A DNA stretch of 64,000 nt, taken from positions 30,320,001 to 30,384,000 of the forward strand of contig CM119372.1 in NCBI GenBank assembly GCA_051294905.1. The letters are read 5' to 3'. This DNA comes from Botryllus schlosseri (lineage: Eukaryota). The notes below the pieces were generated by a model that worked only from the letters and a program-made list of their open reading frames with translations, was not told the origin of the DNA and ran no database searches. The translations under genes were made by a program, and so were the position numbers. This document shows, piece by piece, positions 13,849 through 26,400 of the stretch (position 1 is its first letter; each line of letters starts with the position of its first letter).

Positions 13849-14202
13849 ATGTGTCGAAGTATTTATATTCATAATATTTATACATTGTTGAATCGTATTT
13901 AAAGGTAACATGGTTATGATGCTGTCAGTACCATGTGTCCAAGAGACTCACAGACTCAAATTTACTTCCAGTTTGGATATAAAAATACATATATATTATT
14001 TTTATTTCGTTGGCCACTATATCGTCAAAAGATGATATTGAATTTCGGCTTAGTATCCCAATGTTATATAGTGTGGCCCGCAAATGGATTCAAATATTGA
14101 ATGCGGCCCGCGAGCTGAAAAGTTTGCCCACCCCTGATATAGACGGACACAATACTTCATCTTTATCAGACCGCATCGCAAACAGATCCAGTGCAGTGTA
14201 TA

Positions 14203-14610
14203 TAGGGTTGCATTTAAAACAAACGTTTTGAACAGTGTTTTTTAAAAAAGCCTTGAAAAAAACAAATTTTTTTAGGGTGTAAAATTATGCCATAATTGTG
14301 TCAATACTTTACAAAAAACATGTTGTATGAGCCTACTTACAATTACCACCCGAGATATCCAACGTATATCGATATGAGATGGCTGGAACCCTCAAAATAG
14401 TTGGTTAAACGGCAATAGTACATATATTTCGTCAAAGGAGCCTTTTTTACCCTATATTTTCAATTGTCAATGTCAATCCACTATGGCTTCACATTTGAAT
14501 ATTCATGTCGTCATGTCTTTAAAAAAAACGTAAAAAAAACATGTTTTAAATTAGGGCCTTGTTTTAAATATGTTTGTTTTAAATTGATTTTTGTTTTAAA
14601 TGCAACCCCA
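14203..14610. mobile_element. hAT MITE
   Basis: Termini TAGGGTTGCATTTAAAAC...GTTTTAAATGCAACCCCA; perfect TSD agtgtata. Confidence 0.85.
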
Positions 14611-15722
14611 AGTGTATACATAGGATCCTAATCAAGAAACGTTACGCAATGCTCAAACGAGTTTGAATTACACTGCAGTCGTGCTTCGCAATCTCTCGAG
14701 TTGTACTCAGCGGGCTATGGTATTCAATGACGGCATGAAATTGAGTCATTCGAGCTTGAAATGCAACGTCTGAGCAAGCGTTTACGAAGTGACGACGTGG
14801 GCAGGCTCGAGGCCGTGTTCATTCACTTTTTGACGGTTTGACCGTGTGTAAATTGTGTTGTAAGCATGCTTGGTAACTAAATTCACGATATCAGCTGTAA
14901 TGTTATAAAAAGGATATCATGTTCGAAGGCCGCAGGGCTTCAGCGTCGGCTGCGTAGGTTGTTTCCAAATACTACTGAAAATTTCCGCCAGAAAGGCTGT
15001 CAAGTGTCAATGGATGCGCAAAACCGGTAATTACTCACAATGTTCCATCTGTTTTATCACTTCAATATAAAACCTGGCACCAGAATATGTAGACACGATT
15101 GGAGGATGGATATTACTGAAAAACAACGCACAAGCCAATAGCAATCTTCCAATCTTGACATAAGCTATAACCACAAACGCGGCCGGGGACACGGGTAGAC
15201 AATATGGCACCTAATCAGACAAATGCGTGTTTTTGTCAGAGCCTGATGCAGTACACCAGGGGCCGGCTACCTTTTGTATGCAGCGTGCCAAAATGTCAAA
15301 AAATGTGAAATTATTACCAACAGGTGTGCCAAACATTTTTAATTTTGTCATACTTAGCGATTCAAGCAGGAATCCCACCAACCGGTTATCTGCACCTGGC
15401 AACGGCCTCGGCTACGACACTGATTCGTAAATTATTTGTAGCTACCGCAATAGGCATATCGCTGTACGTAGGCTACTATGTGCACCATTTATTTTTAGTC
15501 GCGCAATTATTCTGTGGTTGCTTTGGTCGTTTCCAAGCCAACTGCGTTCGCTACCCTATTCAATCAGTGACCGCGGCCAATCAAAGTTCTTAGGATGATA
15601 TGTCCTAATGATGAACAATGTGCCCTCCCCTGAATCAGTGTATCATACAAGTTGGTTTGATGTCACATGAAGGTTGGTATGGCACTAGATATGTCTGCTA
15701 ATCTCCAAAGGTCGCTGTAGAG

Positions 15723-15904
15723 CAGGGGTCGCCAACTCAAAATGGGTCGCGGGCCACTTTTCAAAATTCGTGAAGGCCGCGGGCCGCATGAATTCAATAT
15801 CGAGATAATAATAATAGGGAACACAGTTTAATCGCCATTGTCCATTGCCGATGAACTCCAGACCAATCTATTTACTTATATCGGCTTACTATGCGCACCG
15901 TAAT
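15723..15904 (+). mobile_element. Left part of a hAT MITE interrupted by the Gypsy LTR
   Basis: Starts CAGGGGTCGCCAACTC; similar to ~2001-2100 and to window positions ~40-105 (tcggcttactatgcgcaccg); stops at the LTR edge. Confidence 0.7.
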
Positions 15905-16138
15905 TGTTATGTTCTTGTTGCGACGAGGTTGCAATACAGAATCAGTATATTGTACAGCAGAATAACTATGAGACAGGCGACACGATCCAGAGTTCAGTTA
16001 AATGAAAGACCACGAGACAACAGAACACAGGGTATAAATACAAGCACGAAACACGAGGAAATAATGATTGGCGGTAATTACTAGTCCTATAGAAATTAGG
16101 AGTTGAACAACACTGAACGCAAATGCACGAACATAACA
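15905..16138 (-). repeat. 3' LTR (234 bp) of the Gypsy element
   Basis: Inverted termini TGTTATGTTC...GAACATAACA; purine tract AGGGGAGGAC directly upstream on the minus strand, 33 bp after the pol stop. Confidence 0.85.
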
Positions 16139-16171
16139 GTCCTCCCCTGTAAGATAAAGGGATGCCCACAT

Positions 16172-19100
16172 TTACGTAGGTCTATAGAAATCCGGGGGTT
16201 TCCTATTCCTAACAGGATAACGTCTACCCGACGTACGGGCAGGACTAGCTGCAGGAACTTGTGCCCTGTTCCTAACCAATGGTTGCTCAGCTTGTGACTG
16301 TTGAGGCTGAGCAACTTCCTGTGTGGCTGTATTATTGCCAGCTGAAATCAAGCGTGGTTGGAGTTGGTTTTTGTGCCTCCTCCAATACCCATGATCCGTT
16401 TTTATAATGTACACAACACGCCCCAGTATTTCCGTTACCACGCCAGCAACCCACTTTGGTCCGCTCCGGTAACTGCGAGCGTAGACCGAGGAACCAATCT
16501 CGAAATGAGTGACTGATTGTCTAGGCGTAACGGGCTTCGATTTGTCGAAGGGCGAGCACAAACTTAACAAATTGCGCGGCTGCCGACCATGTAAAATCTC
16601 GGCAGGCGTTTTCCAGTCTATGCCCGGGTGCGGTGCACATCGGTATGTAGCGAGAAGTGTTTGGAGAGCGAAGTTGAGATCTTTTCCCCCGTCGCAATTT
16701 TTTATTAATCCAGCTTTTAAAGTCTGGACGAATCGCTCCGCTTCCCCGTTTGAGGCAGGGTGAAAAGACGGTGATACGATATGGCAGATTGCCAAATTGG
16801 AGCAAAACGTATCGAATTCATTCGATGTGAATTGCGGCCCGCCATCCGTGACAATTGTTACGGGCAAGCCTTCAATAGAAAAGACTTCCCGCAATGCGTT
16901 GACTACACACAAGGTTGTGGTAGATCCGACATTCATTACTTTAACGAAAGGATATTTCGAATGCGCATCGACGATGACAAGAAACATTTTGTTGTTTATT
17001 GGACCTGCGAAATCCAAGTGAATTCGATCAAAGCTTTCGGAAGTTTTGGGCCATTCGCGATACTGACGATCAGGCGCTTTCATTACCTTACGGCAAGCGT
17101 CGCAACTCTTAGCGAGATTTTCAATGTCGCGATTAATGGAAGGCCATGCGATGTAACGTCGAGCCATCTGCTTCATTTTCGCGATACCCCAGTGTCCTTC
17201 GTGCAACAATGATAAGACTCGCGAGCGAAGTGACTGCGGAATTACTACGCGCTGAAAACCATCAATATTGAGCATAACTATGTCTTTGTGCAGAGAAAGC
17301 GAATGTTTGCGAGTCGAAAACCAAGAAAAATCATCGATGTGCGTCTTTGGATTCCAATTACCATGAGTGACAGATAATTTTACTAGTTTCATGGTTTTGT
17401 CCTTCAGCGTCGCGTCGCGAATTTCATTGCGAGTTAACGGTAAGCCATCGAATGCCATATTAATAGCGTGAACGACCTCCGCGTTTTCACGAATTTCCAG
17501 TTCGTCAAACTCAGGGTCTGGACCCTTTGGTAGGCGAGATAAACCGTCGGCGTTTCCGTGCTGATTAGTCGGTTTATAGCGAATATCGTATTGGTAAGCC
17601 ATGAGCGTTAGTGCCCATCGCTGCAAGCGTTGCGCTGTAATCACGGGAATTTTCTTGTCTGGCGAGAAAATAGCTAAAAGCGGTTTGTGGTCCGTTACGA
17701 GCGTAAATTTTCTACCATACAAGAATTGACGAAATTTAGTGACTCCGTAAATGATTGACAGAGCTTCCTTCTCGATTTGAGAGTAGGATTTTTGCGAATC
17801 GGAAAGCGTTTTCGATGCGTGCGCGATCGGTCTCTCTTCGCCATTGTGCTCGATTGAGAGGACAGCGCCGATTCCGAATTGAGAAGCATCAGTTGACAAA
17901 ATGAGCTGCTTGTTTACATCATAATGAGCTAACTGCGTAGCGTTGATTACGTCGTTTTTGAGAATGCGAAAAGCTGCGTCACAGTCCGTATTCCAAATGA
18001 ATTTCGCGTCTTTTTGAAGTAGACGGTACAAGGCAGCGGCTTTATTCGTGAAATTAGGAATAAACGCGCGATAATAATTGACTTTGCCCAGGAATGCCTG
18101 TAGTTGGCGAACATCCTGAGGTTTAGGCAACTGTTTGATTGCTTCAACGGATTTGTGAGACGGGCGTTTGCCGTCCTTGTCGATTATGTGACCAAGATAC
18201 TCGATACTACTTTTGAAAAATTCACATTTAGCGAAGTTGACGGTGAAACCGTATTCGGTGAGGCGCTCAAAGAGTAGCGATAAGTTGCGAAAATGATCGC
18301 GTTCATCAATGCCAGTAACGATTATGTCATCGATAAAACTAGCAACACCGGGTAAGCCGGTGATCATGGCATCAATACAGCGTTGAAAATTTGCGGGACT
18401 AGATGCGACTCCGAAACACATGCGTCGATAACGGAATAGACCGAATTGCGTGTTGATGACACACAAATTCTTCGCATCATCATCTAATTCTAGCTGAAAA
18501 TAAGCAACTTTCGTGAAAATACAACCACCCTGTAACTTGTGAAGAATTTCATCTAAGGAGGGCAGGGGATGTTGATCTATCTGAATCTGTTGATTCAATG
18601 CTTTGAAGTCACCACAAATGCGTACTGATCCATTTGATTTAGTGACGGCAACAATTGGTGCTGCCCAATCACTGTAATTGATTGGTTCGAGAATACCTTG
18701 ATTGACTAATCTATCCAATTCGGTTTGAACAGCGATTTGCCTTGCGAAAGGCAAAGGGCGTGGCTTGTTGAATACGGGCTTGGCATTAGGTTTCAAGTGA
18801 ATTGTCACCTTTGTCTTGGTGCATCGTCCTAATACATTAGAGAAAACGGAGGGAAATTTGGACTGAAAAGATACCAATTTGTCGTTCGAATCAGAAATGT
18901 CAATAGTATTACATGATTGCGATTTGACCATCTGCGAGGAAATTGCATCCAAAGCAGACGTTCCCTTAGCGGTCATGGAGAAAGCATCGCTCCAATCGAG
19001 ACCAAAAATGTTTTGCCCACGGTGTTCGTCGAGAACCACCAATTTTAAGCCAACTCGAACTTCAGAACCCACCTGCACGGTTACAGTGCAAATACCTTTC

Positions 19101-20311
19101 ACTTTCAGTGGCTTGTCGCCATACGCTACGAAAGAGCAATGGTATGCTGAGAGTTTCGGTGAGCCCAAAGTTTTGTACCCAGTCAATCCCACCATGGCGG
19201 AGGGTGCACCAGTGTCCCACTGTGTCGGCAAAGGAATGCCGTTGATGCTGGAGTTGATCCAGAGCTGGTTTCCTACGCGTCGATATAGTTGATCGATGTC
19301 GAAGGAGAGGAGTGGCACTGAGCAGAAATTGACGGATGTGACCTGTTGCGTGATACTAGGTTTGGTAGACATGCACACCGGTTTGATATGACCTTTACGA
19401 CCACATTTCTGACATACTGCATGTCGATATTGACAGTCTTTTCTCTGGTGATCGATGAAACAGCGGCTGCAGGATTTCAGTCTTTCCGGGAAGTTGCCTT
19501 GGATGTATTTGGAAGGTTTTTTTCCCTTCTGATAACTTCCAGTCATTTTGTTGACGACTGAAGTGTCTTTACCGCTACTCTCGTCTTGGATAACCCTATC
19601 AGTTTCCAGCGTTCTCACGTGTGTTGCGGCTACTTTGAGAACGTCGTCGAGGGATGGATTGGTTTGTGTTAGACAATGCCGTCTCACATCCGCGTGCGGC
19701 GTTTCTTTAATGATGAGATCGCGCATTAGCTCATCAACGTAGCTTTGATCACAGCCTTCTCTTGAGCATATGAAGTTGCAATCCTTGGAGATTCCGCGTA
19801 GGGTAGCGATCCAATCGGCGTACGATTGTCCCGGCTGCATTTTGCAATTGTAAAATTCGTACCTGGCAGCTTGCACATGAATTGAGTCCTTGAAGTGTGT
19901 AGACAACTTCTCAGTCAACGCGTCGAAAGTTTGCGCGCTGACATCAGCAGCACCAAACAAATTACGTAGGAGCGAGTACGTTTCAGGTCCAACCCATGAG
20001 AGTAGACACGCTCGTTTCTTCTCCATGTTGGAAATGCCGTAAATTGCTAGGTGATGGTTGAATCGCTGAAGATATTGGTCCCATTTCTCCTTTGATTTTA
20101 CGAAAGAATCAAACTTGGGAGCGGTAGCTTCAGATGTTGACGCACCGGGACTCAACCTCTGCGTTAACTGTGCCATTTCTTCTTTGTGTTGGTCTTTTTG
20201 CTGTTCCAACCCAGCCATGACTTTCGCCATTGCCTCGTCATGCTGTGCGCGTTGTTGCTCCATCATTTCCTGCTGCTTCTCGAGAAGCTTCAAAATACCC
20301 GATTCCATCAT
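16172..20311 (-). CDS. Ty3/Gypsy (Mag-like) single-ORF Gag-Pol polyprotein, 1379 aa
   Basis: Two CCHC knuckles, protease WDTGA, RT (RICGDFK, FGVASSP, FIDD), RNase H (TDAS, EKEAL, TDHKPL), integrase HHCC + D,D,E (HLDFAGP, TDGGPQF, NGEAER). Confidence 0.95.
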   Translation of the reverse strand: MMESGILKLLEKQQEMMEQQRAQHDEAMAKVMAGLEQQKDQHKEEMAQLTQRLSPGASTSEATAPKFDSFVKSKEKWDQYLQRFNHHLAIYGISNMEKKRACLLSWVGPETYSLLRNLFGAADVSAQTFDALTEKLSTHFKDSIHVQAARYEFYNCKMQPGQSYADWIATLRGISKDCNFICSREGCDQSYVDELMRDLIIKETPHADVRRHCLTQTNPSLDDVLKVAATHVRTLETDRVIQDESSGKDTSVVNKMTGSYQKGKKPSKYIQGNFPERLKSCSRCFIDHQRKDCQYRHAVCQKCGRKGHIKPVCMSTKPSITQQVTSVNFCSVPLLSFDIDQLYRRVGNQLWINSSINGIPLPTQWDTGAPSAMVGLTGYKTLGSPKLSAYHCSFVAYGDKPLKVKGICTVTVQVGSEVRVGLKLVVLDEHRGQNIFGLDWSDAFSMTAKGTSALDAISSQMVKSQSCNTIDISDSNDKLVSFQSKFPSVFSNVLGRCTKTKVTIHLKPNAKPVFNKPRPLPFARQIAVQTELDRLVNQGILEPINYSDWAAPIVAVTKSNGSVRICGDFKALNQQIQIDQHPLPSLDEILHKLQGGCIFTKVAYFQLELDDDAKNLCVINTQFGLFRYRRMCFGVASSPANFQRCIDAMITGLPGVASFIDDIIVTGIDERDHFRNLSLLFERLTEYGFTVNFAKCEFFKSSIEYLGHIIDKDGKRPSHKSVEAIKQLPKPQDVRQLQAFLGKVNYYRAFIPNFTNKAAALYRLLQKDAKFIWNTDCDAAFRILKNDVINATQLAHYDVNKQLILSTDASQFGIGAVLSIEHNGEERPIAHASKTLSDSQKSYSQIEKEALSIIYGVTKFRQFLYGRKFTLVTDHKPLLAIFSPDKKIPVITAQRLQRWALTLMAYQYDIRYKPTNQHGNADGLSRLPKGPDPEFDELEIRENAEVVHAINMAFDGLPLTRNEIRDATLKDKTMKLVKLSVTHGNWNPKTHIDDFSWFSTRKHSLSLHKDIVMLNIDGFQRVVIPQSLRSRVLSLLHEGHWGIAKMKQMARRYIAWPSINRDIENLAKSCDACRKVMKAPDRQYREWPKTSESFDRIHLDFAGPINNKMFLVIVDAHSKYPFVKVMNVGSTTTLCVVNALREVFSIEGLPVTIVTDGGPQFTSNEFDTFCSNLAICHIVSPSFHPASNGEAERFVQTLKAGLIKNCDGGKDLNFALQTLLATYRCAPHPGIDWKTPAEILHGRQPRNLLSLCSPFDKSKPVTPRQSVTHFEIGSSVYARSYRSGPKWVAGVVTEILGRVVYIIKTDHGYWRRHKNQLQPRLISAGNNTATQEVAQPQQSQAEQPLVRNRAQVPAASPARTSGRRYPVRNRKPPDFYRPT

Positions 20312-22295
20312 TCAGCTTTGAGTTCGTTATATTCATTGGCGACTGGTAGGCTTCTACCCTACATGCCATTTGTAATAATATAGCATCGAATAAGCTTATG
20401 CTTAGTTAGAGAGGGGTGGTAACAAATGCATGATTACTTTGATACAACAATGCAGCGGCGATACGACGGTTACGGATATTAAATATTGGTAGACCTATAT
20501 CGGGATATCCCTGGTTGCCGTACATTATTCACCGTAATTACTACCAGGAATTTTTTTATAGCGTGCTGTAGTACGGTATTATAGAATATCGTGCCGTCAT
20601 TCCTTATCTTTGTAGTACCATGTAATACGCATTTGATGACCGAGCATAGCTTAGTAGGGCGACATAAAATTCCGAATGTATTTATACGTGCCAAATGCCC
20701 CAAACAAAAACCTTGGCCTAATTACGTTTTATGGTGTGGTAGTATACTACAGACATTTCTTGGTTAAATATGCTTATATCTACATGCAGTGATGTAGCAA
20801 GAATGGATAGGCGCGAGTTCCCATTAAATATTCCCGACTTGTAGATTATGACGTCATTCGTTTTATTGACATCGCAGTAGATATTCGTGGGGTCACGTCA
20901 TTGATTAAAATAATACCTAATTAGAAGCGCAATTGGAAGTAGTCTAAAATATATGCGCATGTGTAAGAAGTAAGTGAAAGTCGACAAAACTACTCGAGTA
21001 CTCCCGCATAATAGCGACACGTTTTTACTCGTCATCTCTGCAATCAGTTTTCCATTGTTGCTCGTGGTCGTTCTCTTTTTCATTTAAAAGTCCTCGAATC
21101 TACCATTATAAAGCTGCAAAAGGCGATCCTCTGCCGCCGGGAGAAGAAGCTGTATATCCTGGGAATATTTCATTAGTGCTGTGTTGCCATTCGGCTATTA
21201 TACAGCCGAATTCGGGTCTGTTATACCGTACCGTGCCGGTGCGTTGTTATGTGCCGCTCGTGACTCTGTATACTTGTGATTATTACGTCACAGGGACAAA
21301 ATTCTTTCTATGGTTCGAATTTGATTGATTGCATTCACTGACGTTGGCTCCTGATGATAGTCTGTCGAAAAGCTAGGAGTGGAATAAATTTGGCAATAAG
21401 AACGTATGGTTTGCTGCAATATCGAAGTTCTGTACTTCCAAAAGCCTATTTAATCTTAGTATATGCAGTATGCACTAATTCAGTAACTCCCTCAGTCACA
21501 CTCAAAACCGTTCAATTGATTTTACGCGAGTTGACATACAGCTGTGCGGGTCATTTATCAATTCAATTCCCCTTTGACGCCCCTTTCAATTTTGATGTAT
21601 GTAGTTTGAATATGTATTAGTAATTCATTTATTAACATTTTAAAACTCAAAACACACTGTAAATCCGCAAGGTCGTATTGAACACTTCATAACACTTTTT
21701 TCTGCGTACAGACACACTTTTTGGGCACATAAACGCATTGGGCCATTATCGTCGCAACGCTTCTGCGTATTTCTCCGTTTACATGTAACACTTCGCCAAT
21801 GCGGCTTATTTTCAAGAAAATTTATACTTGGTAGTTTATCATCAGTTTTGCATCCATAAACCATCGGTACGTTTGGAGATCACATTAAATCATGGTATGT
21901 GTAAAATAATATTACTCACTTGACCCAACACTAAGTTTAAGGGTAATATTTCAATGAAATATACATATTTCCCTGTGACGCAGAGGGGTCACCACCTTCG
22001 TTACGGTAGAGCGCGCTCGATTTCAGTTTGGATTTGAATCAAGCCCCGAACTACTGCTATCTCCGGCTAAGCAAATTTGCGTGATCCCCGTGCGCAGATG
22101 CATTGTGGGTACACGGTAAATTGATTTAGTACAGGGGCTTATGGAAAAGCGGTCAATGTTTCAATATATTTGATTCGTGTTGGGTCTTTAGTACTGTATG
22201 CGTATAGAGCTTTGAATGACTAATTATTCTAACATTCAGGATTTGTTTCAGCCCAATATCTCGTGCCAGTATATTGATATTCCGTGTAATTCGAC

Positions 22296-25200
22296 ATGTC
22301 GAAGATAGTACGTTCATCAGGTGGTAGTGGTAGTCTTTGCTGTGCCTATGGGTGCAGTAGAAGGCGGAAGAAGATATCCAGTGAGTCGTATGCAAGAAGT
22401 AATAGTGACGGCAGTAGTGATGAAGAGTCGATAGTAAAGCGGCGATACCCCAGAACTTTTCACCGGTAAGTGAATAACAGAATAAGCATAGCAGCCAGAC
22501 ATGGCCAGATCAGTCACAGTTGTAATAAACAGGCCATGGTAAAGTGATAGCAGAACATTTCGTTGCAGTTATATGAATGAAATGACCAGACCAGTCTACC
22601 AGCAGAAATCCGTGCCACCATATCAGCTATGTAATGTTCATCATCAATATCTGTAATAATCTGTAATAATGTCCATCTCACCCTTTGTATTTTCTCCATG
22701 ATCGAGTACAAGCAGTTCGGCCAATAATCAGTGTGGTATTAAATTCTTGGTTATGCTATGTAGGCAAGAGTAGGAATACAAGGAAAGATTCAATTAATGG
22801 CCTATGGGTTTTTGTCAGCATATAGGTAAAACAGGATATCTTGTTCAGATTCTAAACAAATACTGTGGAATTTGCAAATTCCATAGTCAAGTTCATCTAT
22901 AGTCCTTATAGCTTTGTGCGAAACTGTCAATTTATTTATTCAAAAATATTTTTCAAGGTTTACCTTTGAACTGCTTTAGCTTTAGAAAGCTACCTCAATC
23001 TTGAATACAATAAGCCTATGGAGTGGAAAGTGACAGATGTATAATTTTATCAGACAAGATATTTTATGTACCTTCTGCTTTTATCATAGCCCATAACAAA
23101 GAATTGTCTATTTAGTGTGCTTTGCTTCATACAATGCTCCGTATAATGCAGCTTTCCTACTAATGAATCGCTGAAAGGAAGATGGGTAGAAAGCATAAAA
23201 AGAAAAAACTGGGTTCCATCAAGATCGTCAGTTATCTGCTCCGATCATTTTCCGGAAAGTGCCATTTACCGTGTGGGCCAGTTGATACGTTTGAGGGAGA
23301 ATGCGGTGCCAACAAGATTTCTGAACTTTCCGAAATATATGAGGACAAAGGTACAGTTGGAATTTATAAATTTACTTCTAAAGTCAAGTTTATATTAGCA
23401 TACCCTTACCCTAGCCACTGTTGATATGAAATTCGTTGATTTCAGGCTTCCAACAAACGGCAAGCGAGACCAGCAACACTTCAAGATAAGAAACGTTATT
23501 GTAAAGTACAGACTGGTGAAGCAGTTCTCCACGACCACAATTACTGTGCACGTACCTCTCCTCAAAAGCTCATTCAACAGCAACGCCGTAGAGTGCTAGA
23601 AATTAAAAAGAGATTGCATGCTGCCAGAATGAGGACATGCCGCCTGAGAAAAAAAGTGAAAACTCTGGATGAGGTCATTGCATCTCTGAAAAAAAATAAT
23701 TTGATCAGCGATTTGTGTGGAGAAGTAATGTCACAAAAATTCAGTCGTATACCCAGTGAGCTGTTGCAGCGCATGAAGCTGCAAGCTGGTGGAAGAGGAG
23801 TCAAATACTCTAAAGAACTGCAATCATTTGCAATGACGCTGCAGTATTATTCTGCTAAGGCATACAATTTTGTGCGTCAAAATTTTCAACTCGCTCTTCC
23901 CCATCCGAGTGTGATAAGACGCTGGTATGGAAAACTTCCCGCTGAGCCTGGCTTTACTGGTATTGCGTTTTCTGCTATCAGAGGAAAAGTAGAGGCATCA
24001 ACAACTCCTGTAATATGTTCCATAATGATGGATGAAATGTCGATCCGCAAGCAGGTTTTTTGGGATGGAAAAAGATATCGAGGATATGTAGACATGGGTA
24101 CTGACTGCGAGGACGATGATTCTTTGCCACTTGCAAAAGATGTATTAGTTTTTATGGCTGTTTGCGTCAATTCATCCTGGAAGATTCCGCTTGGATACTT
24201 TTTCATTAATGGTTTGACAGGATCGGAACGAGCAAATTTGGTTAGAATTTGCATGAACAAGCTTAACGAAACAGGTGCAACTATTGCTTCATTGACATGT
24301 GACGGGCCTTCCTGCCACTTCGCTATGCTTTCCTCATTGGGGGCAAATATATCCTCCAGGAACATTGTGTCTAGTTTTCCCAATCCATATTTACCCAATC
24401 ATCAAATCCAAGTCATTTTAGATCCTTGTCACATGCTCAAACTCATCAGAAACTGCCTAGCAGAATGGGGTACTTTGCTAGATGGGAGTGGTCAGCAAAT
24501 TTCTTGGAATTTCATCATTTTACTGCAAAAGCTACAGGCTTCAGAAGGTCTGAGACTTGCCAATAAGTTGAAGAAGTCTCATGTTGAATGGCAGCAACAA
24601 AAGATGAAAGTAAATTTGGCTGCTCAAACAATCAGCAGCAGTGTTGCAGATGCAATAGAATACTGTGACAAGAACCTTAGAATGAGATGCTTTCGGGGTA
24701 GTGCTGCTACTGTCAAGTTTTTGCGGGGTTTTGATCGCCTTTTTGATATCCTTAATTCGAGAAACCCGTTTGCAAAAGGATATAAATCGCCTTTAAAGGA
24801 GTCAAACCAGCATTTGTGGCGTCCATTTATGGCTGAAATGATGGATTATATTGTCAAATTGCAGGACCCCTCAGGAAAGCCTATTGTTGAATCTCGCAGG
24901 AAAACTGGGTTCCTCGGGTTCCTTGTTTGCATAAAGAGCACCCAATGCCTTTTTGACGACCTAGTGGTTACGAAAATGGTGAAGTACTTGCTGATGTACA
25001 AATTCAGTCAAGATCATCTGGAGTTATTTTTTTGTGCTGTCCGTAAAGCAGGAGGCTTCAACAATAATCCTACTTGTCTGCAGTTTACTGCTGCGTATAA
25101 AAGGTTATTGATGAAGTTGGGAATCCGTGCGTCATCAGGAAATTGTGAAGAAAGAGATTCAACTGCCATGTTGGAACTCTTGGATAATTTCCGAATTCAA

Positions 25201-25818
25201 GAAAGTGGACTGTCTCTTTCTTCTGCAACCCTGATCAGGAAGTATGACCTGGAAGAGAAACGGCCCATGCAAGACGAGCATGACTACTCCGATGTTCCTG
25301 AAATTACAACTTTGTCAGAGTACAAAAATCAAGCTATATCATACATTGCTGGCTATGTTGCCAAGTCCGTGGCTGAGCGATGTGTATGCTCTACGTGTAA
25401 AGGGTCACTCCTGGTAGATTCAGCAAGCAGTGGCAGTTTCCTGCAATTCAAGAACAGGGGTGGCCTAACCAAACCAGCTAATGGCGTTATTGCAATATGT
25501 GAGGAGGCTGAAAAATGCTTCCAGCGAATGATTCGCGTTACTTCTGAGAAGTTACCTCACTGCAAGGGCTTGATCAACGCGTTTGCAACTGCTATTCTGT
25601 CAAACATGTCTTCTAAATCACCTGCTTTCCCAGAGCTTGAACACCATATTTATGACACCTCGGTGGGTGATGATCACGTGATTACTCTGACAAAAGACAT
25701 AGCTAAGACCTATTGCAAGATTAAATTCAAACATCTAGGAGTGGAATACAATCAAAGGACATCAGACAAGAACGTCCGCAGAGTGTTAACAAAGCTGATT
25801 CTTTTCAAAAATCAGTAA
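22296..25818 (+). CDS. P-element/THAP9-type transposase, 913 aa; join(22296..22465,23152..23350,23446..25818)
   Basis: GT..AG introns join the THAP zinc finger (CCAYGC...TFH|RFP...W...ICSDHF...AVPT) in frame; DHNY motif; catalytic MMDEM, TCDG, QDHLELFF; D.CHMLKLIRN; KMKVNLAAQ; C-terminal YIAGY and CxxC. Confidence 0.9.
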
Positions 25819-25971
25819 CTGCCACAGATGGTCAGTTATAAAATACATCTACTCGAGTTGAGTTAACGTCCTTCCTCAAGTTGATTGAATTGTCGAGATG
25901 TTGGCAGAGCATATTTCAAGCCCATCTGAGAAAGATGTGATTCGCCGACTCTCCAAGAGAGGTGTCTCAGG

Positions 25972-26400
25972 TTGCTCGTTTACAACTTGGTGAAGATCCT
26001 CGCCAGCTCGAGGGGCAACAACGCGCTCGGAGTTCCCCTACTGGATTCCCGCAGAATTTGGGAGAACGAACAAAAACATCTGGACTGCATTAAATATCCA
26101 GAAAGTGTGTCGTTATATACCCAGACTGGCACCCTCGTGAATGTGGGCGTCGCATTGCCAGTCTACCGCTGCGCTAGAGGATCCACTTCTCTGGACTCTT
26201 TCCATTTGCACCTGAACAGGTTTATTCCTGGACAGTGTGCTAGTGCTGCTCATTTTCAAGCGTATCTTTTGGAAGAACTCTGCCGTTGGAGCAAGGACCA
26301 GGCTGCCAATGCGATAGCAGCCGACTCCACGAGTCGGCTGCGGAGTTATAGTGGCTTTTTGTCAAAGGAACGATCCTTTCATCTTCATACGGCTCTGTAA
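25972..26400 (+). pseudogene. Fragment of an uncharacterised, probably transposon-encoded protein
   Basis: Motif LYTQTG..LPVYRCARGSTSLDSFHLHLNRFIPG...HFQAYLLE.L.RW, recalled from multi-copy uncharacterised proteins of fish and marine invertebrates; no ATG and truncated. Confidence 0.6.

Larger units (their letters stand above)
11062..14136. mobile_element. hAT non-autonomous element hosting nested insertions
   Basis: Termini CAGGGGCGGGCAAAC...GTTTGCCCACCCCTG; TSD ataaagac/atatagac. Confidence 0.8.

Noticed and set aside
14950..15170. Possible THAP-domain relic (FP...RIC.H)
   Set aside because: Too degenerate; needs several frameshifts
16509..20321. Plus-strand ORFs over the Gypsy gene (and similar antisense ORFs over the P transposase and AIFM2)
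   Set aside because: Antisense shadows of real coding sequence
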